Assembly (NCBI GenBank): GCA_965216875.1
Contig: OZ244207.1
Span: forward strand, 4,768,001 to 4,832,000
Length of the DNA: 64,000 bases
Direction: 5' to 3'
Source of the DNA: Rubripirellula sp.
GTDB lineage: Bacteria; Planctomycetota; Planctomycetia; Pirellulales; Pirellulaceae
This document shows, piece after piece, positions 11,433 to 20,685 of the stretch. Both the position numbers and the translations under genes were made by a program. The notes beneath the pieces are model-generated. The model was not told the origin of the DNA and did not search any database. It saw nothing but the letters and a program-made list of their open reading frames with translations. Within the stretch, counting starts at the first letter, position 1. Each line of letters begins with the position of its first letter.

Positions 11433-11827
11433 AAAGTTTTGTACCAGCAGTTTGAGTTTCGACTGAGATCGAGACCGACGACCAAGTCGACCCTCGGGGG
11501 TTAGAGGAATTGTGGTCTGCCGATCGACATGATCGGCCTATCTACTACGTCGGCAAATTGGCCAGGTGGGTTCGGCCGGGGGGCCTGAAAACCAGCAATT
11601 CTCCGCCGCGAGTAGCCCGGTAACGTATCAGAGGCCGAAAAGTGCCACAACAGCTCTCGACGCAGTTTCACGCATTTCACACGTGATTTGACGGCATTTT
11701 CGTCGGCTCTCGGCATGCGACTTGGATGGTCGCCCCATGGCCGAAATGGGTCCCGCTCGGTATCACTTCAGGAGCGTCTTGATCGCCGAAATCGCCTTCC
11801 CCCATTTGCCCCAGTCTTCCGTTTTCA

Positions 11828-12304
11828 ATGTCAGACTCGTTCCCCCTAAAAATCGCCCTCGGTGGCGACCACGCCGGATTCCCTCTCAAGCAGGCGGTTT
11901 CCGAGCATTTTGGACCGATCGTCACCGAATTGATCGATTGCGGCACCGACGACGAACAATCCTGCGACTACCCCGATTTCGCGATTTCCGTTTCCAGACA
12001 GATCCTCGCTGGAAAGGCTGATCGCGGCATCATCGTGTGCGGAAGTGGCGTCGGAGTCAGCGTTGCGGCCAACAAGATCCCTGGAATCCGAGCGGCAATC
12101 TGCCACGACACCTACTCGGCCCGGCAAGGAGTCGAGCACGACGACATGAACGTCCTTTGCATTGGCGGACGCATCATCGGTTCGGCACTCGCCTTTGAAT
12201 TGGTCAGCGCTTTCCTCTCGGCAACCTACGTTCCCCAGGACCGCCACGCCCGCCGACTCGACAAAGTGCTCGACATCGAACGCCGAGGCCTCGACGCACT
12301 GTAG
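11828..12304 (+). CDS. rpiB: Ribose-5-phosphate isomerase B
   Basis: GGDHAGF, DYPD, CGSGVG, ANKIPGIRAA, HDDMNVLCIG, RHARR. Confidence 0.95.
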   Translation: MSDSFPLKIALGGDHAGFPLKQAVSEHFGPIVTELIDCGTDDEQSCDYPDFAISVSRQILAGKADRGIIVCGSGVGVSVAANKIPGIRAAICHDTYSARQGVEHDDMNVLCIGGRIIGSALAFELVSAFLSATYVPQDRHARRLDKVLDIERRGLDAL

Positions 12305-12315
12305 GCCGGATCAAG

Positions 12316-13680
12316 TGTATAGACCGGGGACATAGGTAACAGTCGTTCGGGCACATGGGTAACACTTTTTGAATCGGCGAGAATCCCTCCAAATGAGGAG
12401 GGATGATGAGCTGGAAGAAGTGTGACCCGATGTCTGAGCGGATGGAATTTGTGAGACTTGCAGACGGTGATGGAGGTAACTTCTCGGCGTTGTGCGAGCG
12501 ATTTGGGGTATCTAGAAAGACGGGCTACAAGTGGCTCAAACGCTGGCGGGAGGAAGGGCAAGAGGGCCTGGAGGATCGTTCGCGTAGGCCCCAAGACTCG
12601 CCCAACAGAACGGAGGATGTGATTGAACGGATGGTCCTCGAGATCCGCAGTGAGCATCCCGCCTGGGGCGGACGTAAGATTCGAAAGCGTCTCGAGAAGC
12701 TGGGAGTCGCTTCACCGCCGGCGGCCAGCACGATTACCGCTATCCTTCACCGACACCATCAGATCAGCAAAGAGGAGTCGTCCAAGCATCGAGCGTTCGG
12801 AAGTTTTGAACGAGCAGAACCTAATGAACTCTGGCAAGTGGACTTCAAGGGAGAATTCAAGCTCAGCAACAAGAAGCTATGTTATCCGTTGACGGTTTTA
12901 GATGATCATTCGCGTTACTCATTGGCGGTGTTCGCTTGCGGGAACCAACAACGCGAGACAGTCCAGAATCACTTTCGTGATGTTTTTTCACGCTACGGTC
13001 TTCCTCACGCGATTTATGTAGACAACGGCAATCCGTGGAGCAACGGTCATCATGAAATGCGACACACTCGTTTTTCAGCCTGGTTGATGCGCCACGACGT
13101 GGGTGTAATTTTTGGGCGTCCTTACCATCCTCAAGGTCGCGGCAAACTGGAGCGATTTCATCGCACACTCAAACTCGAAGCGTTACAGGGCCAACAGTTC
13201 GACACGTTCCACCAGGTGCAGTCACGTTTTGATCCTTGGCGTGAAATGTACAACCACGAACGTCCGCACGAGGCACTTGAGCTGTCGACCCCATCAGAGC
13301 GTTATCGGATCAGTACGCGAAGTTTTCATGAACGGACCGAGCCGTATCAATACAGCGACCGATTTGAGGTTCGCAAGACAAACCGCTACGGCCAACTGAA
13401 CTACCATGGCAACGTGTACCGCGTCAGCGAGGCCTTCATCGATCAGCCCATCGGGCTGAGTGCTACCACAACCGACGGGGTCTGGGACCTGTGGTATTGC
13501 CGCTTCCGGATTGCCCAGCTTGACGAGCGAGGCAAGACAATTCGCCGGCACCAGCCATGCGTCTGAAGCTCGCTACGCTCGCTCCAGCCGCATGGCTGGT
13601 GCCAGATCGCAGGCAACCCTATGCTGCAAAGTGTTACCTATGTCCCCGAACATGTGTTACCCATGTCCCTGGACAATACA
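12316..13680 (+). mobile_element. IS481-family insertion sequence, 1365 bp, apparently intact
   Basis: TGT...ACA ends; 53-bp imperfect terminal inverted repeats (12316-12368 and 13628-13680, 44/53 identical); 5-bp direct repeat TCAAG at 12311-12315 and 13681-13685. Confidence 0.93.
12403..13566 (+). CDS. IS481-family DDE transposase
   Basis: HTH (LCERFGVSRKTGYKW), DRSRRP, rve core WQVDFKG / YVDNG / PQGRGKLERFH, YNHERPHEAL; GAGGAG SD. Confidence 0.95.
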   Translation: MMSWKKCDPMSERMEFVRLADGDGGNFSALCERFGVSRKTGYKWLKRWREEGQEGLEDRSRRPQDSPNRTEDVIERMVLEIRSEHPAWGGRKIRKRLEKLGVASPPAASTITAILHRHHQISKEESSKHRAFGSFERAEPNELWQVDFKGEFKLSNKKLCYPLTVLDDHSRYSLAVFACGNQQRETVQNHFRDVFSRYGLPHAIYVDNGNPWSNGHHEMRHTRFSAWLMRHDVGVIFGRPYHPQGRGKLERFHRTLKLEALQGQQFDTFHQVQSRFDPWREMYNHERPHEALELSTPSERYRISTRSFHERTEPYQYSDRFEVRKTNRYGQLNYHGNVYRVSEAFIDQPIGLSATTTDGVWDLWYCRFRIAQLDERGKTIRRHQPCV

Positions 13681-13727
13681 TCAAGGAGCGACAGCGACGC
13701 AGATCCGGCATCATCCTCAGGGCTCAA

Positions 13728-13974
13728 CCTCGTTACCCCGCTCCGCGTGGTAACGCACACTCGGACGCTCCGCGTCCCCTTTCTTGGCGGTAGCTACCTT
13801 CGCCAGAAGGTGGTTTCCATCGGCAAACCGCTTTGCACGATCACCACGCTCTGACGAGCGTAGCGACGCTGAGTCGTGTAAGGCCCGACGCTAGCGCGTT
13901 CGGCTCACGATCCGTTTGTGGTCCAGCCTTCAGGCGGTCTGTTAGAAGATTCCGTCTAAAAAGCTCGGTACGTC
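13728..13974. repeat. Mixed REP mosaic: F (13728-13777), B2/B1 doublet (13790-13813, 13844-13867), D (13882-13908), degenerate C doublet (13918-13974)
   Basis: Recurrent palindromes matching copies elsewhere in the window. Confidence 0.87.
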
Positions 13975-13985
13975 GAACGGACGCC

Positions 13986-15239
13986 TCAAAACAGCTTCGA
14001 CAGATCGCCATCGAGTTTGCGGGCTTGGTGCGACATCGCCGCGTTGGCCAGTTCGATCGCCACGCGTGACTCCAAGGTCACTCCGGCTCGGACCCCAACA
14101 CAAGGATCGTGGCGTCCTTTCACGAGTTCAAAATCGATCTCTTCCAGATTCTTGCGGACCGACTTTTGCCGTTTGTTGATGGTCGAGGTCGGCTTGAATC
14201 CCACGCGAAACACCAGCGGCATCCCCGTGGTGATCCCGCCAAGCAGCCCGCCGTGACTATTAGCGCCATAGCCATCACTGCGAATCGGATCGTTGTTTTC
14301 GCTGCCCAATCGCTCAATCACATTAGCGCCGGCACCAACTTCACACGACTGCACGGCATTGAGCCCGCCGAGTGTGCCCATGATGCGTGCCTTCAAACTC
14401 TGGTACAGCGGATCACCCAAAAGGGGCGGCACGTTCAATGCCACGACTTCAACCGCAGCACCCAGCGAGTCACCTCTTTTACGTACCTCCTTGATCAACT
14501 CGCCCGCTTCGGATGCAAACGCATCGTCGAGCGAATAGATCTCCGATTGCTCCATTTGGCCAATGACCGACTCGATTGCCTTGCGGTCGATGCTCAAATT
14601 CTCGGAGTCCTGCGCCAGATTTTGGAAATGATCTGACAAACTCTTGTTCGCCTTGAGCGGACCCACCTGGCAAATGGACGACACGATGACCGTTCCGAAT
14701 TTGTCCTGCATCAACATCCGAGCGATCGCGCCGCCGACCACGTCGGTGATCGTCGCGCGGTAACTCGAACGACCGCCGCCACGAATGTCGACCCGTCCTG
14801 CCGACTGATGGAATTTCACCAGGTCGGTGTGGCCCGGCCGCACTTCGCCCTTGAGCCCTTCGAATTGGGTGTAGTCACCTGACTTCTTGGAGGTCGACAA
14901 AACGATCGCTGCGATCGGTTCGCCCGTCGTGTACCCCTCTTCGTAGCCTTCGGTCTCGAACGATTGACCGTCGACTTCGACCGAAATCGACGAACCTCCG
15001 AGCAACTTGTCGTGATCATCTTGGTAGATGCCCGACAGGAAAATGACTTTGTCCTTTTCATTGCGAGGCGTGCCGTGCCGATTGCCCCCAGGGCGACGGC
15101 GATCAAGAAACGCTTGGACGGTTGAGCGGTCAATGTACAAACCGGGCGGACACCCAAACACAATCGTGGTCACAGCCGGGCCATGCGACTCTCCCGCACC
15201 CGCGACGCCGAATAGAGGACCACCCAAGATTTCCATCAA
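13986..15239 (-). CDS. aroC: Chorismate synthase
   Basis: GESHG, RRRPG, RPGHTD, GGGRSSYR, GGLLGGITTG, FKPTST, GRHDPCV. Confidence 0.95.
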   Translation of the reverse strand: MMEILGGPLFGVAGAGESHGPAVTTIVFGCPPGLYIDRSTVQAFLDRRRPGGNRHGTPRNEKDKVIFLSGIYQDDHDKLLGGSSISVEVDGQSFETEGYEEGYTTGEPIAAIVLSTSKKSGDYTQFEGLKGEVRPGHTDLVKFHQSAGRVDIRGGGRSSYRATITDVVGGAIARMLMQDKFGTVIVSSICQVGPLKANKSLSDHFQNLAQDSENLSIDRKAIESVIGQMEQSEIYSLDDAFASEAGELIKEVRKRGDSLGAAVEVVALNVPPLLGDPLYQSLKARIMGTLGGLNAVQSCEVGAGANVIERLGSENNDPIRSDGYGANSHGGLLGGITTGMPLVFRVGFKPTSTINKRQKSVRKNLEEIDFELVKGRHDPCVGVRAGVTLESRVAIELANAAMSHQARKLDGDLSKLF

Positions 15240-15358
15240 CCAACTTTCACATACCGAGACCGAAAGAATTGCCCGTCACCGATCTCACAGCATACCTCGC
15301 CAACGCGATTCGTCGAACCGCACTCCATTTGTCGGCGAAGTGACAGACGCAACAATTC

Positions 15359-15481
15359 GTAGCTACGCTCGCCAGAGCGTGGGAGTGATGGAGCGTGGTT
15401 TGCCTACACAATCCCACCTTCTGGCGAAGGCAGCTCGATCATCGCAAGCATAGTCGCCTTTCGCTCCGCGAAAGTAGCGTA
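15359..15481. repeat. REP mosaic: B1/B2 doublet (15359-15382, 15414-15437) and a single hairpin G (15450-15481)
   Basis: GTAGCTACGCTCGCCAGAGCGTGG, inverted CCACCTTCTGGCGAAGGCAGCT, and CTTTCGC-TCC-GCGAAAG. Confidence 0.82.
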
Positions 15482-15499
15482 ACTGCACCACCAACGCGT

Positions 15500-16942
15500 C
15501 TACGCGAGGATGTCGTGAACGACTCGGCCGTGGACGTCGGTGAGTCGGAAATCGCGTCCGGAATAGCGGAACGTCAAACGCTCGTGATCGATTCCCATTT
15601 GATGCAACACGGTCGCGTGCAAATCGTGGACGTGCGTTCGGTTTTCGATCGCGTGCATTCCGAACTCATCGGTCTTGCCATACGTGACGCCGCCGCGAAT
15701 GCCTCCGCCGGCGAGCAACATTGAAAAACCGGTGTGGTGATGATCACGCCCCGCCTTTTTCATATCCTTCGACTTATCAACCTGAGCATAAGGCGTGCGT
15801 CCGAACTCTCCGCCCCAAATCACCAGTGTGTCCTCAAGCATCCCGCGACTCTTCAAATCGCTTAACAACGCCGCGGTTGCCCGATCGCTATCCGCACACA
15901 GAGTGCGATGCGACGCGTTGTTGTTCTTGTGCGTATCCCAAGGCTGCTTGCTGCCGCTTTTGACATAGAAAACCTGAACCACTCGCACACCGCGTTCGAG
16001 CAATCGGCGTCCCAGCAAACAACTGCGTCCGAATTCGGTATCGCCATAGGACTGACGTGTCGCTTCGGTCTCAAGAGAAATATCAAACGCCTCATTCGCT
16101 TCGGTTTGCATCTGAAACGCAAGTTCCATCGAACGAATGTGTGTCTCGAGCGCGGCTTCACCCTGCCGTCGCTGCAGGTGTGCTGCGTTCAGCTTGCGGA
16201 CCAATTGCAATTGCCGAGCCTGTGTCGTCGCATCCATCGTTGGATGCTTCAAGTTGGCGATCAGCTTGTTGACATCGGTGTGGTTGGTGTTCACCTCGAC
16301 GCCCTGGTGCTGGCCTGGCAAAAACGCGCTCGACCAGAGCTGAGGCCCCACGACAGGCAACCCAGGACACAACGCAACAAACGGCGGCAGGTTTTCGTTT
16401 TCCGTTCCCAAACCGTAGGAAAGCCACGATCCCATACTCGGTCGAGTCGGTTGTTGATGGCCCGACTGCATCAACAGCAAACCAGGCTCATGGTTCGGCT
16501 GGTCAGTATGCATCGAACGCAGCACGCAGAGATCATCGGCATGCTTGGCGAGGTTCGGGAACAGCTCACTCATCACCGTGCCGCTTTCGCCGTGGGCCGC
16601 GAATTTGAAAGGCGAAGGCATGTAGCCGGCAGCGCGATCCTTTTTTGCGATGTCTGATTTGGGCGCGTCCCCTTCGTACTTGGCGAGAGCCGGCTTGGGA
16701 TCAAAGGTGTCCACGTGTGATGGGGCACCATTCATAAACAAAAAGATCACACGTTTGGCGCGTGCTGGATGATGCAACCCATCACCCACACCTTGCCCCG
16801 CCAAAGCGTCTGAAGCCAATGCACCCGAAGCCTGCATTGCCCCCATCATGCCAACCGCGCCAAAGCCGGCGCCACTGCGTGCCAGCATGGAACGGCGAGA
16901 GCAGAGATTCGTCATGGGGTCATTTGGGTTTGTCATGGTCAT
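15500..16942 (-). CDS. DUF1501-family protein (Tat-exported, alkaline-phosphatase/sulfatase-like fold)
   Basis: SRRSML twin-arginine motif, KRVIFLFMNGAPSHVDTFDPKP, WDTH, GEFGRTP, GRDH, GRDFRLTDVHG. Start is 16942, 16936 or 16915. Confidence 0.9.
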   Translation of the reverse strand: MTMTNPNDPMTNLCSRRSMLARSGAGFGAVGMMGAMQASGALASDALAGQGVGDGLHHPARAKRVIFLFMNGAPSHVDTFDPKPALAKYEGDAPKSDIAKKDRAAGYMPSPFKFAAHGESGTVMSELFPNLAKHADDLCVLRSMHTDQPNHEPGLLLMQSGHQQPTRPSMGSWLSYGLGTENENLPPFVALCPGLPVVGPQLWSSAFLPGQHQGVEVNTNHTDVNKLIANLKHPTMDATTQARQLQLVRKLNAAHLQRRQGEAALETHIRSMELAFQMQTEANEAFDISLETEATRQSYGDTEFGRSCLLGRRLLERGVRVVQVFYVKSGSKQPWDTHKNNNASHRTLCADSDRATAALLSDLKSRGMLEDTLVIWGGEFGRTPYAQVDKSKDMKKAGRDHHHTGFSMLLAGGGIRGGVTYGKTDEFGMHAIENRTHVHDLHATVLHQMGIDHERLTFRYSGRDFRLTDVHGRVVHDILA

Positions 16943-16950
16943 TCGATGGA

Positions 16951-19065
16951 CTAGTCGATGATGAACATCTCGCTGCTGATCAACAACGCTTGCGCGTAAT
17001 GTTGCCAAGCTTGCGAATCTCCGCCCGCCAGAAACTCTTCGGCCAATGCGTATTCGTGCTGCGAAGGTTTCCGAGCAAACAACACCTGGTAGGCATGCTC
17101 GATCTTCGAATGCTGCGAGCCACCAAAACCATCCAACCTCTCCGCCAGCCGTCGAGCGTTTTCACTGAGGAAGGGGCTATTGAGCAGGAAGAGTTTTTGA
17201 AGCGGTGTGGTGGTTTCGAATCGCATCGCGCTGTGAGCGTTCGGATCGGGAAAGTCGAATCGCGCAAGCATCGGGTTCAAGTCCAAGCGGCTCACCGAGG
17301 CGTACAGCGTCCGCTTGGATGCCTTGGGGTCATCAGGCTGGATCGACTTGCCGCCCAGGTTTCGGTCGAGACGCCCTGTCGAAGCGAGGACAGCATCTCG
17401 ATAGGCCTCGACGCTCATTCGACGCCGGGGCATCCGCCAAAATAGAGTGTTCGATGGATCGAGCTCGCTTTTGCGTGGATCAATCTCGCTCGATTGCTGG
17501 TAGGTTTGCGAAAGCACAATCTCTCTCTGCAACCATTTCAGCGACCAGCCGTTTTCCATGAAACGAACCGACAGATCATCAAGGAGTTTGGGGTGACTTG
17601 GGCGCTCGCCCAACGCACCAAAGTTACTAGGCGTCGCGACGAGCGGCTGCCCCGTCAACTCACCCCAAACTCGATTGACAATCACCCGCGCCGCGAGTGG
17701 ATTGGAACGATCAACGATTGCATCGGCCAACTCGAGTCGGCCACTCCCCGCAGTCAGCTTCGCTGGATCGGATTCGCTCAGCGCTGTCAAGAATCTCCGC
17801 TCGACAACCGGGCCAAGCTTCTTCACATCGCCGCGGATGTAGACATTCAAGTCGCGTGGTTTGCCATCACGCACCACGTGAGTGGCATCTTTCGGGCTCT
17901 TCGCCTGATCACCTTTCTTCTCAACCGAATCATCAAGCGGACGGTTGAACATTTCGGTGCTCGCAAAAACACCTGCTAGCGCGTAGTAGTCCGAAGTCGG
18001 AATCGGATCGAACTTGTGATCGTGACACCGCGCACAAGCGACGGTCAATCCGAGCAGACCGCGTGAAACGGTGTCGATGCGATCTTCCCATTCATCGGCC
18101 ATCACTTCGGGACTGTTGCGACGATAGTATTTCGGTCCAAGCCCCAAAAAGCCGAGTGCGATTTGCGATGCGTCGTCGCTCGCATCGATCAGGTCGGCGG
18201 CAAGTTGTTTGCGAACGAATTGGTCGTAGGGCAAGTCACTGGCAAAAGCATCAACGACCCAATCACGGTAAAGGTAGGCGTTGGGGTAGGTTAACGAATC
18301 GTTGTTGCCAACCTTGTGAGCTTGGTCTTCGGCGAAACGAGCAACATCAAGCCAAAGCCGCGTCCAACGTTCGGCATTTGCCGGCGAGGCTAACAACTGG
18401 TCCACCATTCGCCGTGTTGCGCCGGGTCGATCGTCGGCCAAGAATCCATGCAGTTGCTCGATTGTCGGCGGCAGCCCGGTCAAGTCAAACGACATTCGCC
18501 GCAACAACGTTGCTTTCTCGGCCGGCGGATTGGGGGCAACTCCTGCGGCCTGAAGTTGCGCCAAAACAAAAGAGTCGATCCGACCGTTTCCCCAGTTGTC
18601 CAAGGCCGCGCTGGGTCGATGAGTCGTTGGCGGTTGGAACGCCCAAAAGGACTTGGCCACATCCCAGTCGATTTCACTCGGCTGCAGCGATTCCAAATCA
18701 AGTGCGTTGCGTGGATCTTCGGCCCCCTTGGTGATCCATGTTTCAAAATCGGCAATGATGCGCTCGTCAAGTTTCCCCGACGGCGGCATTTCGATGCCAT
18801 CGTATCGAATAGCCGTAAGCAACAAACTCTTGTCCGGTTTTCCCGGCATCACCGCCACGCCTGAATCGCCACCTCGCAACATCGCGCCGGGGTCATCCAG
18901 TCGCAGACCGCCCATGATGTCGTCCGCTTCACCCGCATGGCACTCGTAACAATGCTCGACCAGGACGGGCCGAATTTTGCGTTCAAAGAACTCGGCTTCG
19001 TCCGCACAGAGCGTGAGACTGCCCCCAAACATCGAGAGCCAAATGATGACGGCTCGGGACACCAT
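16951..19065 (-). CDS. Planctomycete cytochrome c protein (PSCyt1 + DUF1549 + DUF1553)
   Basis: Signal peptide, FFERKIRPVLVEHCYECH, LLRRMSFDLTGLPP, WLDVARFAE, CARCHDHKFDP, NPLAARVIVNRVW, PSHPKLLD. Confidence 0.92.
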   Translation of the reverse strand: MVSRAVIIWLSMFGGSLTLCADEAEFFERKIRPVLVEHCYECHAGEADDIMGGLRLDDPGAMLRGGDSGVAVMPGKPDKSLLLTAIRYDGIEMPPSGKLDERIIADFETWITKGAEDPRNALDLESLQPSEIDWDVAKSFWAFQPPTTHRPSAALDNWGNGRIDSFVLAQLQAAGVAPNPPAEKATLLRRMSFDLTGLPPTIEQLHGFLADDRPGATRRMVDQLLASPANAERWTRLWLDVARFAEDQAHKVGNNDSLTYPNAYLYRDWVVDAFASDLPYDQFVRKQLAADLIDASDDASQIALGFLGLGPKYYRRNSPEVMADEWEDRIDTVSRGLLGLTVACARCHDHKFDPIPTSDYYALAGVFASTEMFNRPLDDSVEKKGDQAKSPKDATHVVRDGKPRDLNVYIRGDVKKLGPVVERRFLTALSESDPAKLTAGSGRLELADAIVDRSNPLAARVIVNRVWGELTGQPLVATPSNFGALGERPSHPKLLDDLSVRFMENGWSLKWLQREIVLSQTYQQSSEIDPRKSELDPSNTLFWRMPRRRMSVEAYRDAVLASTGRLDRNLGGKSIQPDDPKASKRTLYASVSRLDLNPMLARFDFPDPNAHSAMRFETTTPLQKLFLLNSPFLSENARRLAERLDGFGGSQHSKIEHAYQVLFARKPSQHEYALAEEFLAGGDSQAWQHYAQALLISSEMFIID

Positions 19066-19312
19066 GCCACACAAAGCATGGCTTTGTTGTGAGCGGCGAT
19101 TTGTGTGGGTCTTTAAACCAAGCACGGCGCGCGAAGCAGGTTGGAGGGAGGGGTAGAGCAGGGGAGTTCGCTCTGGCAGGACTTTCGATTGTAGTCGATT
19201 CGGTTGCCCGAAACAAAGCGAGTTTTGACGGACGAACCCACCGCCCAGGCTGGCTGTCCCCAATTGTGACGTCTCTTTTTTGGTAAAAACGCGTTACCAC
19301 AACGAGTTTCTC

Positions 19313-19783
19313 ATGTGCACCGTCATCAAACCTCCCCAATCCCTCGACACACTCGACGCGTCACCCAGCATCTTCCTTGCCGGCTCCATCGACCTTGGGC
19401 TCGCCGAGGATTGGCAGGCAACTTTTGCCGAGGCGATGAAAGACGATGTCGTCAACCTTCTCAACCCACGACGCGATCAATGGGATGCGAGCTGGGAACA
19501 GTCGATCGGCAACCCAATGTTTCGCGAACAGGTCGAATGGGAACTCGAAGGCCAGCGCAGGGCCGATTGCATCGCGATGTACTTTGCCCCCAAAACCAAG
19601 GCGCCCGTAACGCTCCTTGAACTCGGTCTGTTCGCGGCAAGTGGCAAGGTGATCGTCGGCTGCCCCGATGGCTATTGGCGCAAAGGCAACATCGAAATCG
19701 TGTGCGACCAATACAAGATCCCGCTACTCCCGTCCCTCGACGACCTCATCAAAGCGGTTCGAAGGTCATGCTCCCAACCGTAG
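19313..19783 (+). CDS. Nucleoside 2-deoxyribosyltransferase-like protein
   Basis: SIFLAGSI, NPRR, QVEWEL, APVTLLELG, GYWRKGNI; the stop TAG lies in a REP. Confidence 0.8.
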   Translation: MCTVIKPPQSLDTLDASPSIFLAGSIDLGLAEDWQATFAEAMKDDVVNLLNPRRDQWDASWEQSIGNPMFREQVEWELEGQRRADCIAMYFAPKTKAPVTLLELGLFAASGKVIVGCPDGYWRKGNIEIVCDQYKIPLLPSLDDLIKAVRRSCSQP

Positions 19784-19835
19784 GTCATGCTCCGCATGAC
19801 AGTGAAATCGGATTGTCATGCGGAGCATGACCTAC
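19780..19835. repeat. REP-A inverted doublet (REPIN-like) upstream of the RAYT
   Basis: GTAGGTCATGCTCCGCATGAC (19780-19800), 14-nt spacer, exact reverse complement (19815-19835). Confidence 0.95.
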
Positions 19836-19843
19836 AAAAAGGC

Positions 19844-19872
19844 TTGCCACGACCTGGCTAGCAAGCGATGAT
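19844..19872 (+). promoter_or_regulatory. Candidate sigma70-type promoter for the RAYT
   Basis: TTGCCA-N17-GATGAT between the REP doublet and the RAYT start; the -10 match is weak. Confidence 0.3.
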
Positions 19873-19908
19873 TCGCATCGGTTCGCGTTATTGGGGGTAG
19901 ATATCGCC

Positions 19909-20484
19909 ATGCCAGAGTATCGTCGTGCATTCGTTCCTGGTGGAACATTCTTTTTCACGGTTGTTGTTCATCAGAGGCGCGACCTGTTTCGCGACCCAGT
20001 CGCCATCGACCTACTCAGAAGCGTCCTGCGGAGATGCTCCCTGCGTTGGCCTACTGAATTCAATGCGTTCGTTCTTTTGCCAGATCATTGGCACACCATC
20101 GTCTCACTTCCTCAGGGTGACGATGAGTACTCCAAACGAATCGGCTGGATCAAAAAGGAGTTTACGAAGCACTGGTTGGCGTTGGGCGGCTCGGAGGGTG
20201 AGATCTCTGATGCAAAAACACGCCAGCGACGACGCGGGATTTGGCAACCAAGGTTTTGGGAACACACGATCGAAGACGAAGCCGACTTCGACAACCACTT
20301 CGACTACATACATTGGAATCCCGTCAAACATGGACATGCGAGTCGCCCGAAAGATTGGCCACATTCAAGTTTTCGTCGATGGGTCGAGAGGGGCGTTTAT
20401 TCAGAAGACTGGGCATCTGGTGCAACCGTCGGAACCCAAGAACCGCCAACAGCAAAGAACGTTCGTGAAGCTGGCGAACCGTAG
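19909..20484 (+). CDS. rayT: REP-associated tyrosine transposase (RAYT/TnpA-REP, YafM-like HUH Y1 nuclease)
   Basis: YRRAFVPGGTFFFTV, VLLPDHWH (HUH motif), IWQPRFWEH, DYIHWNPVKHG (catalytic Tyr), WPHSSF; flanked by REP doublets. Confidence 0.95.
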   Translation: MPEYRRAFVPGGTFFFTVVVHQRRDLFRDPVAIDLLRSVLRRCSLRWPTEFNAFVLLPDHWHTIVSLPQGDDEYSKRIGWIKKEFTKHWLALGGSEGEISDAKTRQRRRGIWQPRFWEHTIEDEADFDNHFDYIHWNPVKHGHASRPKDWPHSSFRRWVERGVYSEDWASGATVGTQEPPTAKNVREAGEP

Positions 20485-20660
20485 GTCATGCTCCGCATGA
20501 CAAAACAACTCTCTGTCATGCGGAGCATGACCTACTGCTTGCGACCAAACATCACAATGTGATGCGGAGCATGACCTACATGTCTAGAATACGCGTGGTT
20601 CTTGATTTTCAAACTCTTTTCAGCGGCTGCGTATTACCCAATCGTCATGCGGAGCGTGAC
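20481..20660. repeat. REP-A doublet downstream of the RAYT plus two decayed copies
   Basis: 20481-20501 and inverted 20515-20535 (13-nt spacer); inverted 20559-20579 with 1 mismatch; decayed copy 20644-20660. Confidence 0.93.
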
Positions 20661-20685
20661 GCCGAATCTGCAATGAGGTCTGCAA

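Larger units (their letters stand above)
12301..13710 (+). repeat. GTAG-type REP (family H) split by the IS481 insertion (halves 12301-12315 and 13681-13710)
   Basis: Removing the IS and one TSD copy restores GTAG-GCCGGATC-AAGGAGCGACAGCGACGCA-GATCCGGC-A, an 8-bp stem. Confidence 0.8.

Noticed and set aside
19066..19263. Long N-terminal extensions in track ORFs (also 6008-6202, 26530-26652, 28138-28440, 33660-33773)
   Set aside because: Longest-ORF artefacts; signal peptides or family-typical N-termini begin at downstream starts
19909..20484. RAYT as an ordinary IS200/IS605 TnpA
   Set aside because: YafM-type motifs, GTAG REP doublets on both sides and dispersed REP copies; no tnpB and no IS200-type ends
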